Source: an uncultured delta proteobacterium
Lineage (GTDB): Bacteria > Myxococcota_A > Polyangia > Haliangiales > Haliangiaceae
Reading direction: 5' to 3'
DNA: 64,000 bases
Assembly: GCA_963848295.1 (NCBI GenBank)
Contig: CAWKDB010000010.1
Coordinates: 4,672,001 to 4,736,000, forward strand
Positions 51,177-62,798 of this stretch are shown in pieces. Position 1 is the stretch's first letter. The number at the start of each line of letters is the position of its first letter. A model generated the notes under the pieces. It ran no database searches, was not told where the DNA came from, and saw nothing but the letters and a program-made list of their open reading frames with translations. Position numbers and translations under genes: made by a program.

Positions 51177-53232
51177 CCGGGTCGCCGCGCTCGCGCTCGT
51201 CGCGACCGCGTGCGGCGCGCCGCCGGTTCCTACGCCACCCGCGACGCCTTCGGCCCCCGCGGCTGCGCCGGCGGCTGCGCCCGCGCCCGCCCGCAGCGGC
51301 GTCGCGGTCGTCGCCGGCGATCCGCACAGCCGCGTCGTCAACGCGCCGCACACCGGGACGATCACGACGGTCGCGCTCGAGCCGCACGGGACCGCGGCGG
51401 TCACCGCCGATACCCAAGGCGGCGTCCGGCTGTGGCCCATGCTCGACGGCAGCGCGGAGCCGATCGTCGTCGACCTACCGCTGCCCCGCGAGCTCGCGCT
51501 CGCCGTGCGCGACCGCGGTTTCACCGTCGGCTTGATCGACCCCGGCCGCGAGCTCGCGATCGCGCGCCTCGACCACGCGGGTCGGCTGACCTCGCGGGTC
51601 AACCTCGGCGGCGATCCCAGCTGTCGCCAGATCGAGATGACCGACGCGGGGTTGCTCGCGTGGCGCGACGATCAGACGCTCACCCTGTTCGATGACGACG
51701 GCAAGCCGACGGCGCGGCTGCCGACCGAGCCGGGGCAACGGCTCACCGGGCTCGCGACCGGTGGCGGTCGCGCGATCGCGATCCTCGAGCTCGTCGATAA
51801 GGGCGCGACGGCGCGCCGCGCGCGCTGGATCGAGCTCGCTCCCAAGCTCGCATGGGGCGCGTGGGCATCGCCCGAGGGTGCGGTCGGCGATGACCCGGTG
51901 CTGTCCCCCGATGGCGAAGTGCTCGCGACGACCAGCGAGACACCATCGACGCTCGAGATCGTCGATACCCGCACGAGTACGAAGCTCGCGACGACTCCGC
52001 TCAACCGGGGCGTGACGCTCGCGTTCGCGAGCACGACCGAGCTCGGGATGTTCGGCGCGGACGGCACGCCGTCCTGGATCCCGGTGCCGACAAGATCCAC
52101 GCCTACCGTCGAGGAGTCGAAACCCCGGCCGGCCAGCGAGACACCGCCCCCGGACCCTGGTGACCGCGTCCCGGTGCCAATGGCCGCCGCGAGCGGGCGG
52201 ATCGTGCTCGGCGGCGGCGCCGATCTCGAGCTCGTCACGCCGCTCAAGACGCAGTATCTCGGCTACGCGATCTCGAGCATCGAGGGCGCGGTGCCCGGTA
52301 GCGACGGGAGCTTGCTCGTCGCGAGCGGCGACGAGCTCGCCCTGCTCGATCGCGACCTGGTCGCGAAATCGGCGATCCCGTTCCATCCTGCCGCGCAGCT
52401 CGATGTCGCGGCGATGTCGTGGCTCGGCGGGAACGACTGGTTGATCTCGGTGATCAGCCAGGTGAACGGCGACGTGCTGCCGTCGATCGTCGACCTCGCG
52501 ACCGGGAGCTCGAAGCGCGCGACGCTGCCCGGCCACGGCGTCGGCTTCGTCGACTACGAGCCAGGCACGCAGATCCTATCGATCGCGACCGACAAGTCCG
52601 TCGAGATCGAGCACTTCAACGCCGAGACCCAAGTCCTCGAGAAGGTCGCGTCGTTGCCGATCACGCTGTACGACCCGGTGCTGACGATGCCGACCGCGCC
52701 CGACCGCGCACACGGCAGCGAGCTCGTCTCGGCGGCGACCCGCGATCACATCAAGCTGTCGTGGATTCCGGATCGAGCGCATCCCGATCGGGCGTCGGCA
52801 ACGATCAGCGTCGATGGCTCGTTCATCGCTTCGGATCCGGTCGGTCGGGTCTACGTCTGGCGCGCGAAACCCGACAACACGTACATGCTCGATATCTTCG
52901 ACCAGGGCAAGCGGTTCGCATCGCTGCCGTTTGCCACGCCGGTCGAGATCAAACCGGATCGTGCGGGCCAACACATCGCGACGTCCGGCTCGAGCGGGAT
53001 CACGCTGATCGATCTCGACGGCAAGGTGCGCTGGACGACACCGCTCCTCGGCGCGCGCAGCCTCGAATGGCTGAGCGACGGCTCGCTCGCGGCGATCTAC
53101 CAGACCGGCGTCGTGCGGCTCGATCCGGCGACCGGGGCGATCGCAGCGCAGCGCTGCGGCTGGAAGTTCGGGCTACACGACAAACCGTCGCCGGCGACCG
53201 GCGAGATCGAATCGATGTGCGCTCGCAACTAG
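51166..53232 (+). CDS. Hypothetical beta-propeller-like lipoprotein (paralogue B)
   Basis: VATAC lipobox; GVRLWPMLDG; C-terminal CGWKF...C; overlaps paralogue A by 11 nt. Confidence 0.75.
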   Translation: MRTDRVAALALVATACGAPPVPTPPATPSAPAAAPAAAPAPARSGVAVVAGDPHSRVVNAPHTGTITTVALEPHGTAAVTADTQGGVRLWPMLDGSAEPIVVDLPLPRELALAVRDRGFTVGLIDPGRELAIARLDHAGRLTSRVNLGGDPSCRQIEMTDAGLLAWRDDQTLTLFDDDGKPTARLPTEPGQRLTGLATGGGRAIAILELVDKGATARRARWIELAPKLAWGAWASPEGAVGDDPVLSPDGEVLATTSETPSTLEIVDTRTSTKLATTPLNRGVTLAFASTTELGMFGADGTPSWIPVPTRSTPTVEESKPRPASETPPPDPGDRVPVPMAAASGRIVLGGGADLELVTPLKTQYLGYAISSIEGAVPGSDGSLLVASGDELALLDRDLVAKSAIPFHPAAQLDVAAMSWLGGNDWLISVISQVNGDVLPSIVDLATGSSKRATLPGHGVGFVDYEPGTQILSIATDKSVEIEHFNAETQVLEKVASLPITLYDPVLTMPTAPDRAHGSELVSAATRDHIKLSWIPDRAHPDRASATISVDGSFIASDPVGRVYVWRAKPDNTYMLDIFDQGKRFASLPFATPVEIKPDRAGQHIATSGSSGITLIDLDGKVRWTTPLLGARSLEWLSDGSLAAIYQTGVVRLDPATGAIAAQRCGWKFGLHDKPSPATGEIESMCARN

Positions 53233-53254
53233 AACGTCGCCGCTAGCGCCGCGC

Positions 53255-53952
53255 TCGCCTCGCCGGGGCCACGCCTCGCCAACTCGCAGTTGGCCGCGGG
53301 CCCAGCGTGCGTTCTTGCTCGGTGTACGCACGCGAGCTTCGCGCGGCTGCCTTGCGAGGGCGCCGCGGACCCGCTCCGGCGACGGCGCTGGCCGTGGCCG
53401 TTCCAGCGTCTTCGCGCGGCGACGCCGCTGCGCGGCGATCGCGCTGCGCGCGAGTGGGCGTGTTGACCGCGAGGCTGCGCGTCTCATCGCGCGCCTGCCG
53501 TCGCTTTCCGCGGCATCCCTCGCGGCGACGCCGCGCTCAGCGACGAGATCGCGAACGCCGGGCGCTCTGCGGTGGTTGAGGTGACCGTTGGCCGGATCGC
53601 CAGCGTCGACTTGGCGACCTGCTTCGTATTCGTATTCGTATTCGTATTCGACAATGACGGCTGTCGGCGCGGGTAACTGTTGAGAACGTTCGCCCGTCCC
53701 GTTCGCCCGCGATCTCGCCAACGCGCGGCGGGGCCAGCGAGGGCGTCCCCTTCAACCCGCGAGGGCTCGAAGCGATCGCGCCTTCGCGGAGGTCGTAGGC
53801 CGCCGGAGCGGTGTTTAAGGGGCCCCCGAGCGCTGGCCCAGCCGCGCGTCTCCATCCATCGCGCGCGATCGCGAGTGCACGGCGGGCGCCGGGCCAACTG
53901 CAAGCCGGCGAGCTGGGGCCCGGCGAGGCGAAGCGAGGCGGAGGCCGGCGGG
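53255..53952. mobile_element. Putative non-autonomous MITE-like insertion
   Basis: Imperfect inverted repeats 53255-53310 / 53877-53931 (about 44/56 by hand alignment); flanking 29-bp direct repeat; no transposase. Confidence 0.55.
53623..53650 (+). repeat. Hexanucleotide microsatellite (TTCGTA) x4.7
   Basis: TTCGTATTCGTATTCGTATTCGTATTCG. Confidence 0.95.
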
Positions 53953-54411
53953 CTAGAACGTCGCGGCTAGCGCCGCGCTCGACGCGAGCACGAAGCGAGT
54001 CGACGCGACATCACCGACCACGAGATAGCTGCCGAGCTCGACCGCGATCGCGAGCGGGCCGAAAAGATCGAGCGTCGTGCGCACGCCGCCACCGACGAGC
54101 GGCAGCGTGTGATCGAGATCGATGCCGGCATCGGCGTGCAGATCGATGTGCAAGCGCGGACGCGCCGCGGCAGCTTCGAACAAGAGGCCGCCGGTGAGCA
54201 GGCCGTGGTGACGCTTGTCCCAGCCGCGCCACGCGACGACCGCGCCGAACCGACTGTACGGGAATACGTCGGCCGAGACGTCGTAGCGGGTGCGGTCGCC
54301 GTCGTCGCCGGTGAGCAGGAACGTCGAGCTGAGATCGAGATCGCCGTGCAACGGCCGATCGGCGCGTGCGATCGACGCCGTCGCGAGCAGCGCGAACGCC
54401 GCCGCCTTCAC
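53953..54411 (-). CDS. Small secreted protein, probable outer-membrane beta-barrel (152 aa)
   Basis: Signal peptide VKAAAFALLATASIARA, amphipathic strands, C-terminal Phe; GTGA overlap with the export-gate gene stop. Confidence 0.6.
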   Translation of the reverse strand: MKAAAFALLATASIARADRPLHGDLDLSSTFLLTGDDGDRTRYDVSADVFPYSRFGAVVAWRGWDKRHHGLLTGGLLFEAAAARPRLHIDLHADAGIDLDHTLPLVGGGVRTTLDLFGPLAIAVELGSYLVVGDVASTRFVLASSAALAATF

Positions 54412-56260
54412 GCGACTTCGATCCGGCCGGCGGTCGTCACCGCGGTGCCGGGCTGTAGCTCGTGCGCGGCGACGATCGCGATCTCGGGCAGCTCGGGCTC
54501 GAGCAACGCGCGCAGGTGGCGACGGACATCGCCGCTCGCGAGGATGACCGCAGGTCCGGTACCGAGCGTGCTGCGCACGGCTGCGATGATATCTCGGGCG
54601 ATCGCCGGCTCGAGCGCGAGGACGTGCCCGCCGTCGCGGCGATCGATCGCGCCGCGCACCGCATCTTCGATCATCCCGTCGATCGTGTAGACCGCGAGTT
54701 GCCCGCGCGGTGCCCAGCGCGCGCTGATCTGCCGGCGCAGCGAGCCGCGGATCTGCTCGATCAACGCAGGCGCGTCGCGCGCGGTGAAGCCACCGGGTGG
54801 AATCGGTGCGAGCGCGATCGCTTCGAGCACCGCGGTGAGATCGTCGAAAGGCACCTGCTCGCGTGCGAGGGCGCGGACGACATCGGCGAGCACGGCGAGC
54901 GAGATCGCACGCGGCACGATCTCGCGGACGAGCACCGGGGCGGTCGCGGCGGTGCGTTCGACGAGCGCCGCGACGCGGTCGATCCCGATCAATTCGGGTG
55001 CGATCAGCGCGAGCGGGCCGGGCAGGGCGGTGCGCAGCGCGGTGAGCGGATCGCCGCCGGCGAGCGATAGCCACGCGACTTGCGCGCCATCGAGCGCGAG
55101 CGCGACCTCATCGGCGGGCAGCGACGGGTCACTCGCGATCGCGAGCGGCGGTGGGGCGACGCCGGGAACGCCGGCGCGGAGCTCGCCGAGCACGGCATGG
55201 AGCTCGCCGGTGCGGCTCGCGAGCTTGCCGTAGATCGCCGACGACAAGCGCAGCTCGAGCCGCATACCGCGGACGGCGAGCGCTCCGGGCTCGTCGAGAG
55301 CAGGGCGCGGCTTCGGCAGGCGGCGGGCCGCGACAAACGCGAACACCGCGGCGAGCCCGCCGAGCAGCACGAACGGAGCGAGCGGCAGCCCGGGCACGAG
55401 CCCTAACCCGACGAGCAGGATCGCGGCACCACCGAGCGCGCGGGGCTGGCCACCGAGCTGGACGCCGAGATCATCGCCGAGCGCGCGGTCGCCCGAGCTC
55501 GCGACCCGAGTGACGAGCAGGCCCGACGCGACCGCGACGATCAGCGACGGGATCTGCGCGACGAGGCCTTCGCCGATCGAGAGCAGCGAGTACGTGTGCA
55601 TCGCCTCGCCGGCGGACAGCCCGTGCATGCCGATGCCGATCACCAGGCCGCCGATCAAGTTGATGACGACGATCAGGATCGCCGCGATCGCGTCGCCCTT
55701 GACGAACCGCATCGCACCATCCATCGCACCGTAGAGCTGCGACTCGCGTTCGAGCGCGACGCGGCGGACGCGCGCGGTATCGGCGTCGATCGCACCTGCG
55801 CGCAGCTCGGCATCGATCGCCATCTGCTTGCCAGGCATCGCATCGAGCGCGAACCGCGCCGCGACCTCGGCGACGCGCTCCGAGCCGCGCGCCACGACGA
55901 CGAGCTGGACGATCGTGATGACCGCGAACACGACGAGGCCGACGACGAGGTTGCCGGCGACGACCGAAGAGCCGAACGCGTGCACGACCTCACCGGCATC
56001 GGCGTTGGCGAGGATCAGCCGCGTGACCGACACTTCGAGCCCGACGCGGAACAGCGTCGTGACGACGAGCAGCGTCGGGAACGACGAGAACGCGAGCGGG
56101 GTGGTCGTGAACAGCGCCGCCATCAACAGCGCGACCGCGATTCCGATGTTGAGCGTGAGCAACAGGTCGAGCAGCGGCGTCGGCAGCGGCACGATCAGCA
56201 TCGCGACGACGGCGAGGACGATCGCGGCGATCGCTACGTTCCACCCCGTCCCCCGCTGCG

Positions 56261-56264
<4 letters not shown>
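54408..56264 (-). CDS. FHIPEP-family type III export gate (FlhA/SctV), shortened cytoplasmic domain
   Basis: FSSFPTLL, RVAEVAARFALDAMPGKQMAIDAEL, YGAMDGAMRFVKGDAIA, IGEGLVAQIPSL. Confidence 0.93.
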
Positions 56265-57235
<971 letters not shown>

Positions 57236-57306
57236 TATTGGTGATTAGGTCACGGTTCGCACGGATTGGTCAAACCCGCCCCGAGCGGCTACAATTTCGG
57301 TGCCGG

Positions 57307-58455
<1,149 letters not shown>

Positions 58456-58462
58456 TGCCGCG

Positions 58463-59419
58463 ATGCTCACCCGTCCAGCACTGGTCGCCAGCCTAGCGCT
58501 GGCTTGTTCGCTCGCCGTTGCCCCCGCTGCCCGCGCCGACAATCGCGCGTGGGCCGCGGCGAAGTCGGTGCTCCCCGGCGGCATGCTCGTCGTCGGCGGC
58601 GCGAATGTCACGAGCGTCCGGGCGAGCCCGTTGTTCCAGAAGGTGTGGCCGTCGCTGCTCGCGCAGTCCGGCGCGCCGGGGGATGCACTCGACGCGGTGA
58701 AGGCCACGTGCAAGGTCGACACCCTCGCCTCGATCGACTCGGTCGCGGTCGCGGTCGACGGCGCCGGCAAGGGTGCGTTCGTGATCGCGCTCAAAGGCCT
58801 CACTCAGCCCCAGGTCGAGGGTTGCTTGACGAAGCTCGCGGCGAGCAAGTCGGGGAAGCTGGCGATCGCACACGCCGGTCAAATGGCGACGTATAGCGGC
58901 GTCGGCGACAAGTCGTTCTCGGTCAAGTGGCTCGACAGGTCGACGTTCATGGTGACGACCGAGCCGGGCGACCCGAGCTCGTTCAAGGCGATGACCGCGG
59001 GCGGTCTGTCGAGGGACCCGGCGTTGGCCCCCGGGCTCGCGGCGGTGAAGACCAACGCGACGGCGTGGGCGGTGGTCAACAAGCAAGAAGACCTCGGCAC
59101 GATCAAAGGCAAGGTGGTGCTCGGCTATGGCGACGCGTCCGTCGCCTCGGGCACGGTTTCGGCGACGATCCACGTCGTGACCGACAGCGCCACGACCGCG
59201 ACCGCGGCTGCGAGCGAAGCGCGGAAGCAGATCGACGACGGCATGAAATCAGGCCAGGTCCCTCCGATGATGACCGGCCTCATGAAAGCGCTCGTGATCA
59301 AGACCGCCGGCAAGGAGCTCGTGGTCAGCGCGTCGATCACCGAGACCGACCTCGGGATGCTGATCGCGATGGTCACCGCCGGCCGCGGTAACGGTGCCAG
59401 CCCGCCGCCGACGCCCTGA
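58463..59419 (+). CDS. Hypothetical secreted protein
   Basis: Signal peptide ending APAARA; gene-like codons. Confidence 0.7.
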   Translation: MLTRPALVASLALACSLAVAPAARADNRAWAAAKSVLPGGMLVVGGANVTSVRASPLFQKVWPSLLAQSGAPGDALDAVKATCKVDTLASIDSVAVAVDGAGKGAFVIALKGLTQPQVEGCLTKLAASKSGKLAIAHAGQMATYSGVGDKSFSVKWLDRSTFMVTTEPGDPSSFKAMTAGGLSRDPALAPGLAAVKTNATAWAVVNKQEDLGTIKGKVVLGYGDASVASGTVSATIHVVTDSATTATAAASEARKQIDDGMKSGQVPPMMTGLMKALVIKTAGKELVVSASITETDLGMLIAMVTAGRGNGASPPPTP

Positions 59420-59455
59420 ATAGTCGTCGTCGCCGGGTCGTTCGATCTAAGACGT

Positions 59456-60712
59456 ATGGACAAGATCGTCGTCGAGAGCGGCGCGAAGCTGAGCGGCACC
59501 ATCCCGATCAGCGGCGCGAAGAACGCAGCCTTGCCGCTGCTCGCCGCCGCGTTGCTGCCGACGGGTGCGTCGACATTTCGCAACGTGCCCAAGCTCGCGG
59601 ACGTGCGTACGATGGCGAAGCTCCTGCGCATGCTCGGCTGGGATGTCGAAGGCGACAAGGTGCTCGTGATCGCGCCGCCGACCGGCAAGAAAAAGCCAAA
59701 GCTCGAGGCGCCGTACGATCTGGTCAAGACGATGCGCGCGAGCGTGCTCGTGCTCGGTCCACTCGTCGCGCGCTACGGCCGTGCGCGCGTGTCGATGCCC
59801 GGTGGGTGCGCGATCGGTGCCCGGCCGATCGATCAGCACTTGAAGGGCCTCGAGGCGATGGGCGCGAAGGTCACGCTCGATCACGGCTACGTCGATGTCG
59901 AGGCAAAGCGGCTGCGCGGCGCGACGATCGTGCTCGACATGCCGACCGTGACCGGTTGCGAGAACATCATGATGGCCGCGGCGCTCGCGAAGGGCCGCAC
60001 CGTGCTCGAGAACGCCGCGCGCGAGCCCGAGGTCGAAGAGCTCGCGCTCGTGCTCAACAAGATGGGCGCGAAGGTCCAGGGCGCAGGCACCGCGGTCATC
60101 ACGATCGACGGCGTCGACGAGCTCTATCCGATCGAGCACGCGATCATCCCCGATCGGATCGAAGCGGGCACGTTCGCGGTCGCCGCCGCGATGACGAAGG
60201 GCGACGTCTTGCTCGAGGGCGCGCGCCCCGAGCACATGGAGGCGATCATCGCGAAGCTGCGCGCGGCCGGTGCGCACGTCTCGGCCGAGGCAGGCGGGTT
60301 GCGCGTGCGCGGCGGCGACGTCAAGCCGGTCGACATCGTCACGCAACCCCATCCCGGCTTCCCGACCGACATGCAGGCGCAATTCATGGTCCTCGCGTGT
60401 CTCGCGAAGGGTCAATCCGTGATCAAAGAGATGATCTTCGAGAACCGCTACATGCACGTGCCCGAGCTCGGCCGGATGGGCGCGGACATCCACATCGATG
60501 GCCGCGTCGCGGTCGTCAGCGGCGGTGGCAAGCTGACCGGCGCGTCGGTGATGGCGACCGATCTGCGCGCGTCGGCGAGCCTCGTGCTTGCGGGCCTCGT
60601 CGCGCAGGGCAAGACCGAGGTGCAGCGCGTCTATCACCTCGACCGCGGCTACGAGACGATCGAGAAGAAGCTGCGCGGCGTCGGCGCGAAGATCCGCCGC
60701 GTGAAGTCATAG
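59456..60712 (+). CDS. murA: UDP-N-acetylglucosamine 1-carboxyvinyltransferase
   Basis: [58 protein letters not shown]. Confidence 0.98.
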   Translation: MDKIVVESGAKLSGTIPISGAKNAALPLLAAALLPTGASTFRNVPKLADVRTMAKLLRMLGWDVEGDKVLVIAPPTGKKKPKLEAPYDLVKTMRASVLVLGPLVARYGRARVSMPGGCAIGARPIDQHLKGLEAMGAKVTLDHGYVDVEAKRLRGATIVLDMPTVTGCENIMMAAALAKGRTVLENAAREPEVEELALVLNKMGAKVQGAGTAVITIDGVDELYPIEHAIIPDRIEAGTFAVAAAMTKGDVLLEGARPEHMEAIIAKLRAAGAHVSAEAGGLRVRGGDVKPVDIVTQPHPGFPTDMQAQFMVLACLAKGQSVIKEMIFENRYMHVPELGRMGADIHIDGRVAVVSGGGKLTGASVMATDLRASASLVLAGLVAQGKTEVQRVYHLDRGYETIEKKLRGVGAKIRRVKS

Positions 60713-60733
60713 GCAACTGCTAGACTGCTTGCG

Positions 60734-61366
60734 ATGGCGGATCCGGCGAAGCCGCGAGCGACCTATCAAGATCTCGTCGATGCGCCCGAGGGACACAAGG
60801 CCGAGCTCGTGAACGGCGACCTCGTGGTGTCGCCGCGACCCCGGAGCAGTCACGCGGTTGCGGCATCGCGGCTTGGATTCGCGCTCGGTCCGCCGTTCGA
60901 TCGCGGGCAGGGTGGGCCAGGTGGCTGGGTCATCCTCGGCGAACCCGAGCTTCACCTCGACGACCAGGTCCTGGTCCCTGATCTCGCAGGTTGGCGCGTC
61001 GAACGGATGCCCGTCATTCCCGAGGTGCCGGCGTTCACGGTCGCCCCGGATTGGATCTGCGAGGTGCTGTCGCCATCGACCACCGCGATTGATCGCGGGC
61101 GCAAGTTGCCGATCTACGCCGCGTTCGGCGTGAGCCACGCGTGGATCGTCGATCCTCACGCCCATCTGCTCGAGGTCTTCCGGCGCCATCAGCTGGCGTG
61201 GATTCTCGCCGGCGTGCACAGCGGTGAAGACCGTGTCCGCGCCGAGCCGTTCGACGCGATCGAGCTCGATCTCGGAGCGTTGTGGGCGAACATGGAGCCG
61301 CCACCGCCTACGCGAGGATCACGCGCGGGAGAGCCCGGCACCGAGTACGCTTACGACTATTACTAG
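60734..61366 (+). CDS. Uma2 (DUF820) family endonuclease-fold protein
   Basis: ELVNGDL, SPRP...H, LVPDLAGW, APDWICEVLSPST, DRGRKL, WIVDP. Confidence 0.92.
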   Translation: MADPAKPRATYQDLVDAPEGHKAELVNGDLVVSPRPRSSHAVAASRLGFALGPPFDRGQGGPGGWVILGEPELHLDDQVLVPDLAGWRVERMPVIPEVPAFTVAPDWICEVLSPSTTAIDRGRKLPIYAAFGVSHAWIVDPHAHLLEVFRRHQLAWILAGVHSGEDRVRAEPFDAIELDLGALWANMEPPPPTRGSRAGEPGTEYAYDYY

Positions 61367-62005
61367 ATGAGGCCGATCATCATCGCGCTGCCGAAGGGCC
61401 GCATCCTCGACGAGCTCCGCGGCGTCTTGACCCGCGCCGGCTACGACATCTCGCCGGTGTTCGGCGATTCACGCGCGCTCGTCCACGACTGCGGGCCGCT
61501 GCGCGTGCTCGTGCTGCGCAACTCCGATGTCGCGACCTACGTCGCGCATGGCGCCGCGGATGTCGGCGTCGCCGGCAGCGACGTGCTCGACGAGGACGGC
61601 CGCACACTGTACGAGCCGCTCGATCTCGGCATCGGCCGGTGCCGGATGGTCGTCGCCGAGCGTGCCGATGCTCTGGTCGACGCTGGCGCCCAGGCGCATA
61701 TCCGCGTCGGCACGAAGTATCCGCGCACGACGCGCGCGTACCTCCAGCGCAAGGGCCTCACCGCCGAGATCATCCCGCTGTCGGGCGCGATCGAGCTCGG
61801 GCCGTTGACCGGCCTGTGCGAGCGCATCGTCGACATCACCCAGACCGGCGAGACGCTGCGCCAGAACGGGCTCGTCGAGGTCGACACCGTCGCGGACGTC
61901 TCGAGTCGACTCGTGGTCAACCCGGCCCGGCTCAAGCTCGATGGCGACCGGCTACGCGCGTTGATCGACGCCCTCGACCACGCCGTGACCGGGCAGAGCG
62001 TATAG
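61367..62005 (+). CDS. hisG: ATP phosphoribosyltransferase, short (HisZ-dependent) form
   Basis: [45 protein letters not shown]; 212 aa without the regulatory domain. Confidence 0.95.
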   Translation: MRPIIIALPKGRILDELRGVLTRAGYDISPVFGDSRALVHDCGPLRVLVLRNSDVATYVAHGAADVGVAGSDVLDEDGRTLYEPLDLGIGRCRMVVAERADALVDAGAQAHIRVGTKYPRTTRAYLQRKGLTAEIIPLSGAIELGPLTGLCERIVDITQTGETLRQNGLVEVDTVADVSSRLVVNPARLKLDGDRLRALIDALDHAVTGQSV

Positions 62006-62017
62006 TATCTAGCCGCG

Positions 62018-62710
62018 GTGTCTTCCGATCTGCGTCCGTTCGTCGCCGAGGAGATCCGGCTGCACCCCAGGGTCGCGTACCAGGGCCTGCTGTCCGAGGA
62101 GGGCGCCGCCACGCGGGTCGCCGCCGCGCTGCCGCCGCTCACTCGGTTTCGCCACGAGTACGCGGGCGCGATCTCGGTCGTCGATTGGGATCACCGCCTG
62201 CCGTCGCAGAACCTCGTGCTCCGCATCTACGGCTACTACAGCGACGACACGCTCGAGGCCGGCCACGAGGCGGTCGACGATCGGCTCGAACAGATCGCCG
62301 AGCGCGACAAGTATCCGGAATTCGACGTCCCCGACTTCGACGGGCTCGCCGCCGACGAGGCCTACGAGATCGAGCTGTCGCCGAGCGGGCAGATCGGCCG
62401 GTGTCGGTTGACCTCGGCATGGCGCCGGACGGTCGCGAGCCGCGATGCCTCTGCCGCGGTCAACCTGGTCCAGGGTTGCGACGAGTACCAGAAGCTGGTC
62501 GCCGCCTCGCCGTCGCGACCGACGTATCTCGGTGATCTCGAAGCCGTCTCGTGGACTCCGCCATGCGAGACCGAGCACGAGCGGTGGACACTCGACGTCT
62601 GGTATCTGCTCGCGTTCGACGGCCGGATCGGCTCTGGCCGCAGCTTCTTGGCCGACCTCGAGACGAGGCAGATTGTCTCGGTCCGCGATTTTTCGGTTCG
62701 CACCGGCTGA
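62018..62710 (+). CDS. Hypothetical acidic cytoplasmic protein (230 aa)
   Basis: Gene-like codons; starts 12 nt after hisG. Confidence 0.75.
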   Translation: MSSDLRPFVAEEIRLHPRVAYQGLLSEEGAATRVAAALPPLTRFRHEYAGAISVVDWDHRLPSQNLVLRIYGYYSDDTLEAGHEAVDDRLEQIAERDKYPEFDVPDFDGLAADEAYEIELSPSGQIGRCRLTSAWRRTVASRDASAAVNLVQGCDEYQKLVAASPSRPTYLGDLEAVSWTPPCETEHERWTLDVWYLLAFDGRIGSGRSFLADLETRQIVSVRDFSVRTG

Positions 62711-62798
62711 GCTGTGCACGGCGATGCACAACAACTGCGTCAGGCGGTGTCATCGCCCGCGCGATCGAGTTGGCCGCCGGGGGCCTATTGTGCGGTCC

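Larger units (their letters stand above)
53229..53981 (+). repeat. 29-bp direct repeat pair (28/29 identical) flanking the insertion
   Basis: CTAGAACGTCGCCGCTAGCGCCGCGCTCG at 53229-53257 and CTAGAACGTCGCGGCTAGCGCCGCGCTCG at 53953-53981. Confidence 0.92.

Noticed and set aside
53173..53721. 182-aa ORF with EYEYEYEYE
   Set aside because: Arg/Ala-rich non-gene composition; the repeat comes from a microsatellite; no recognisable domain.
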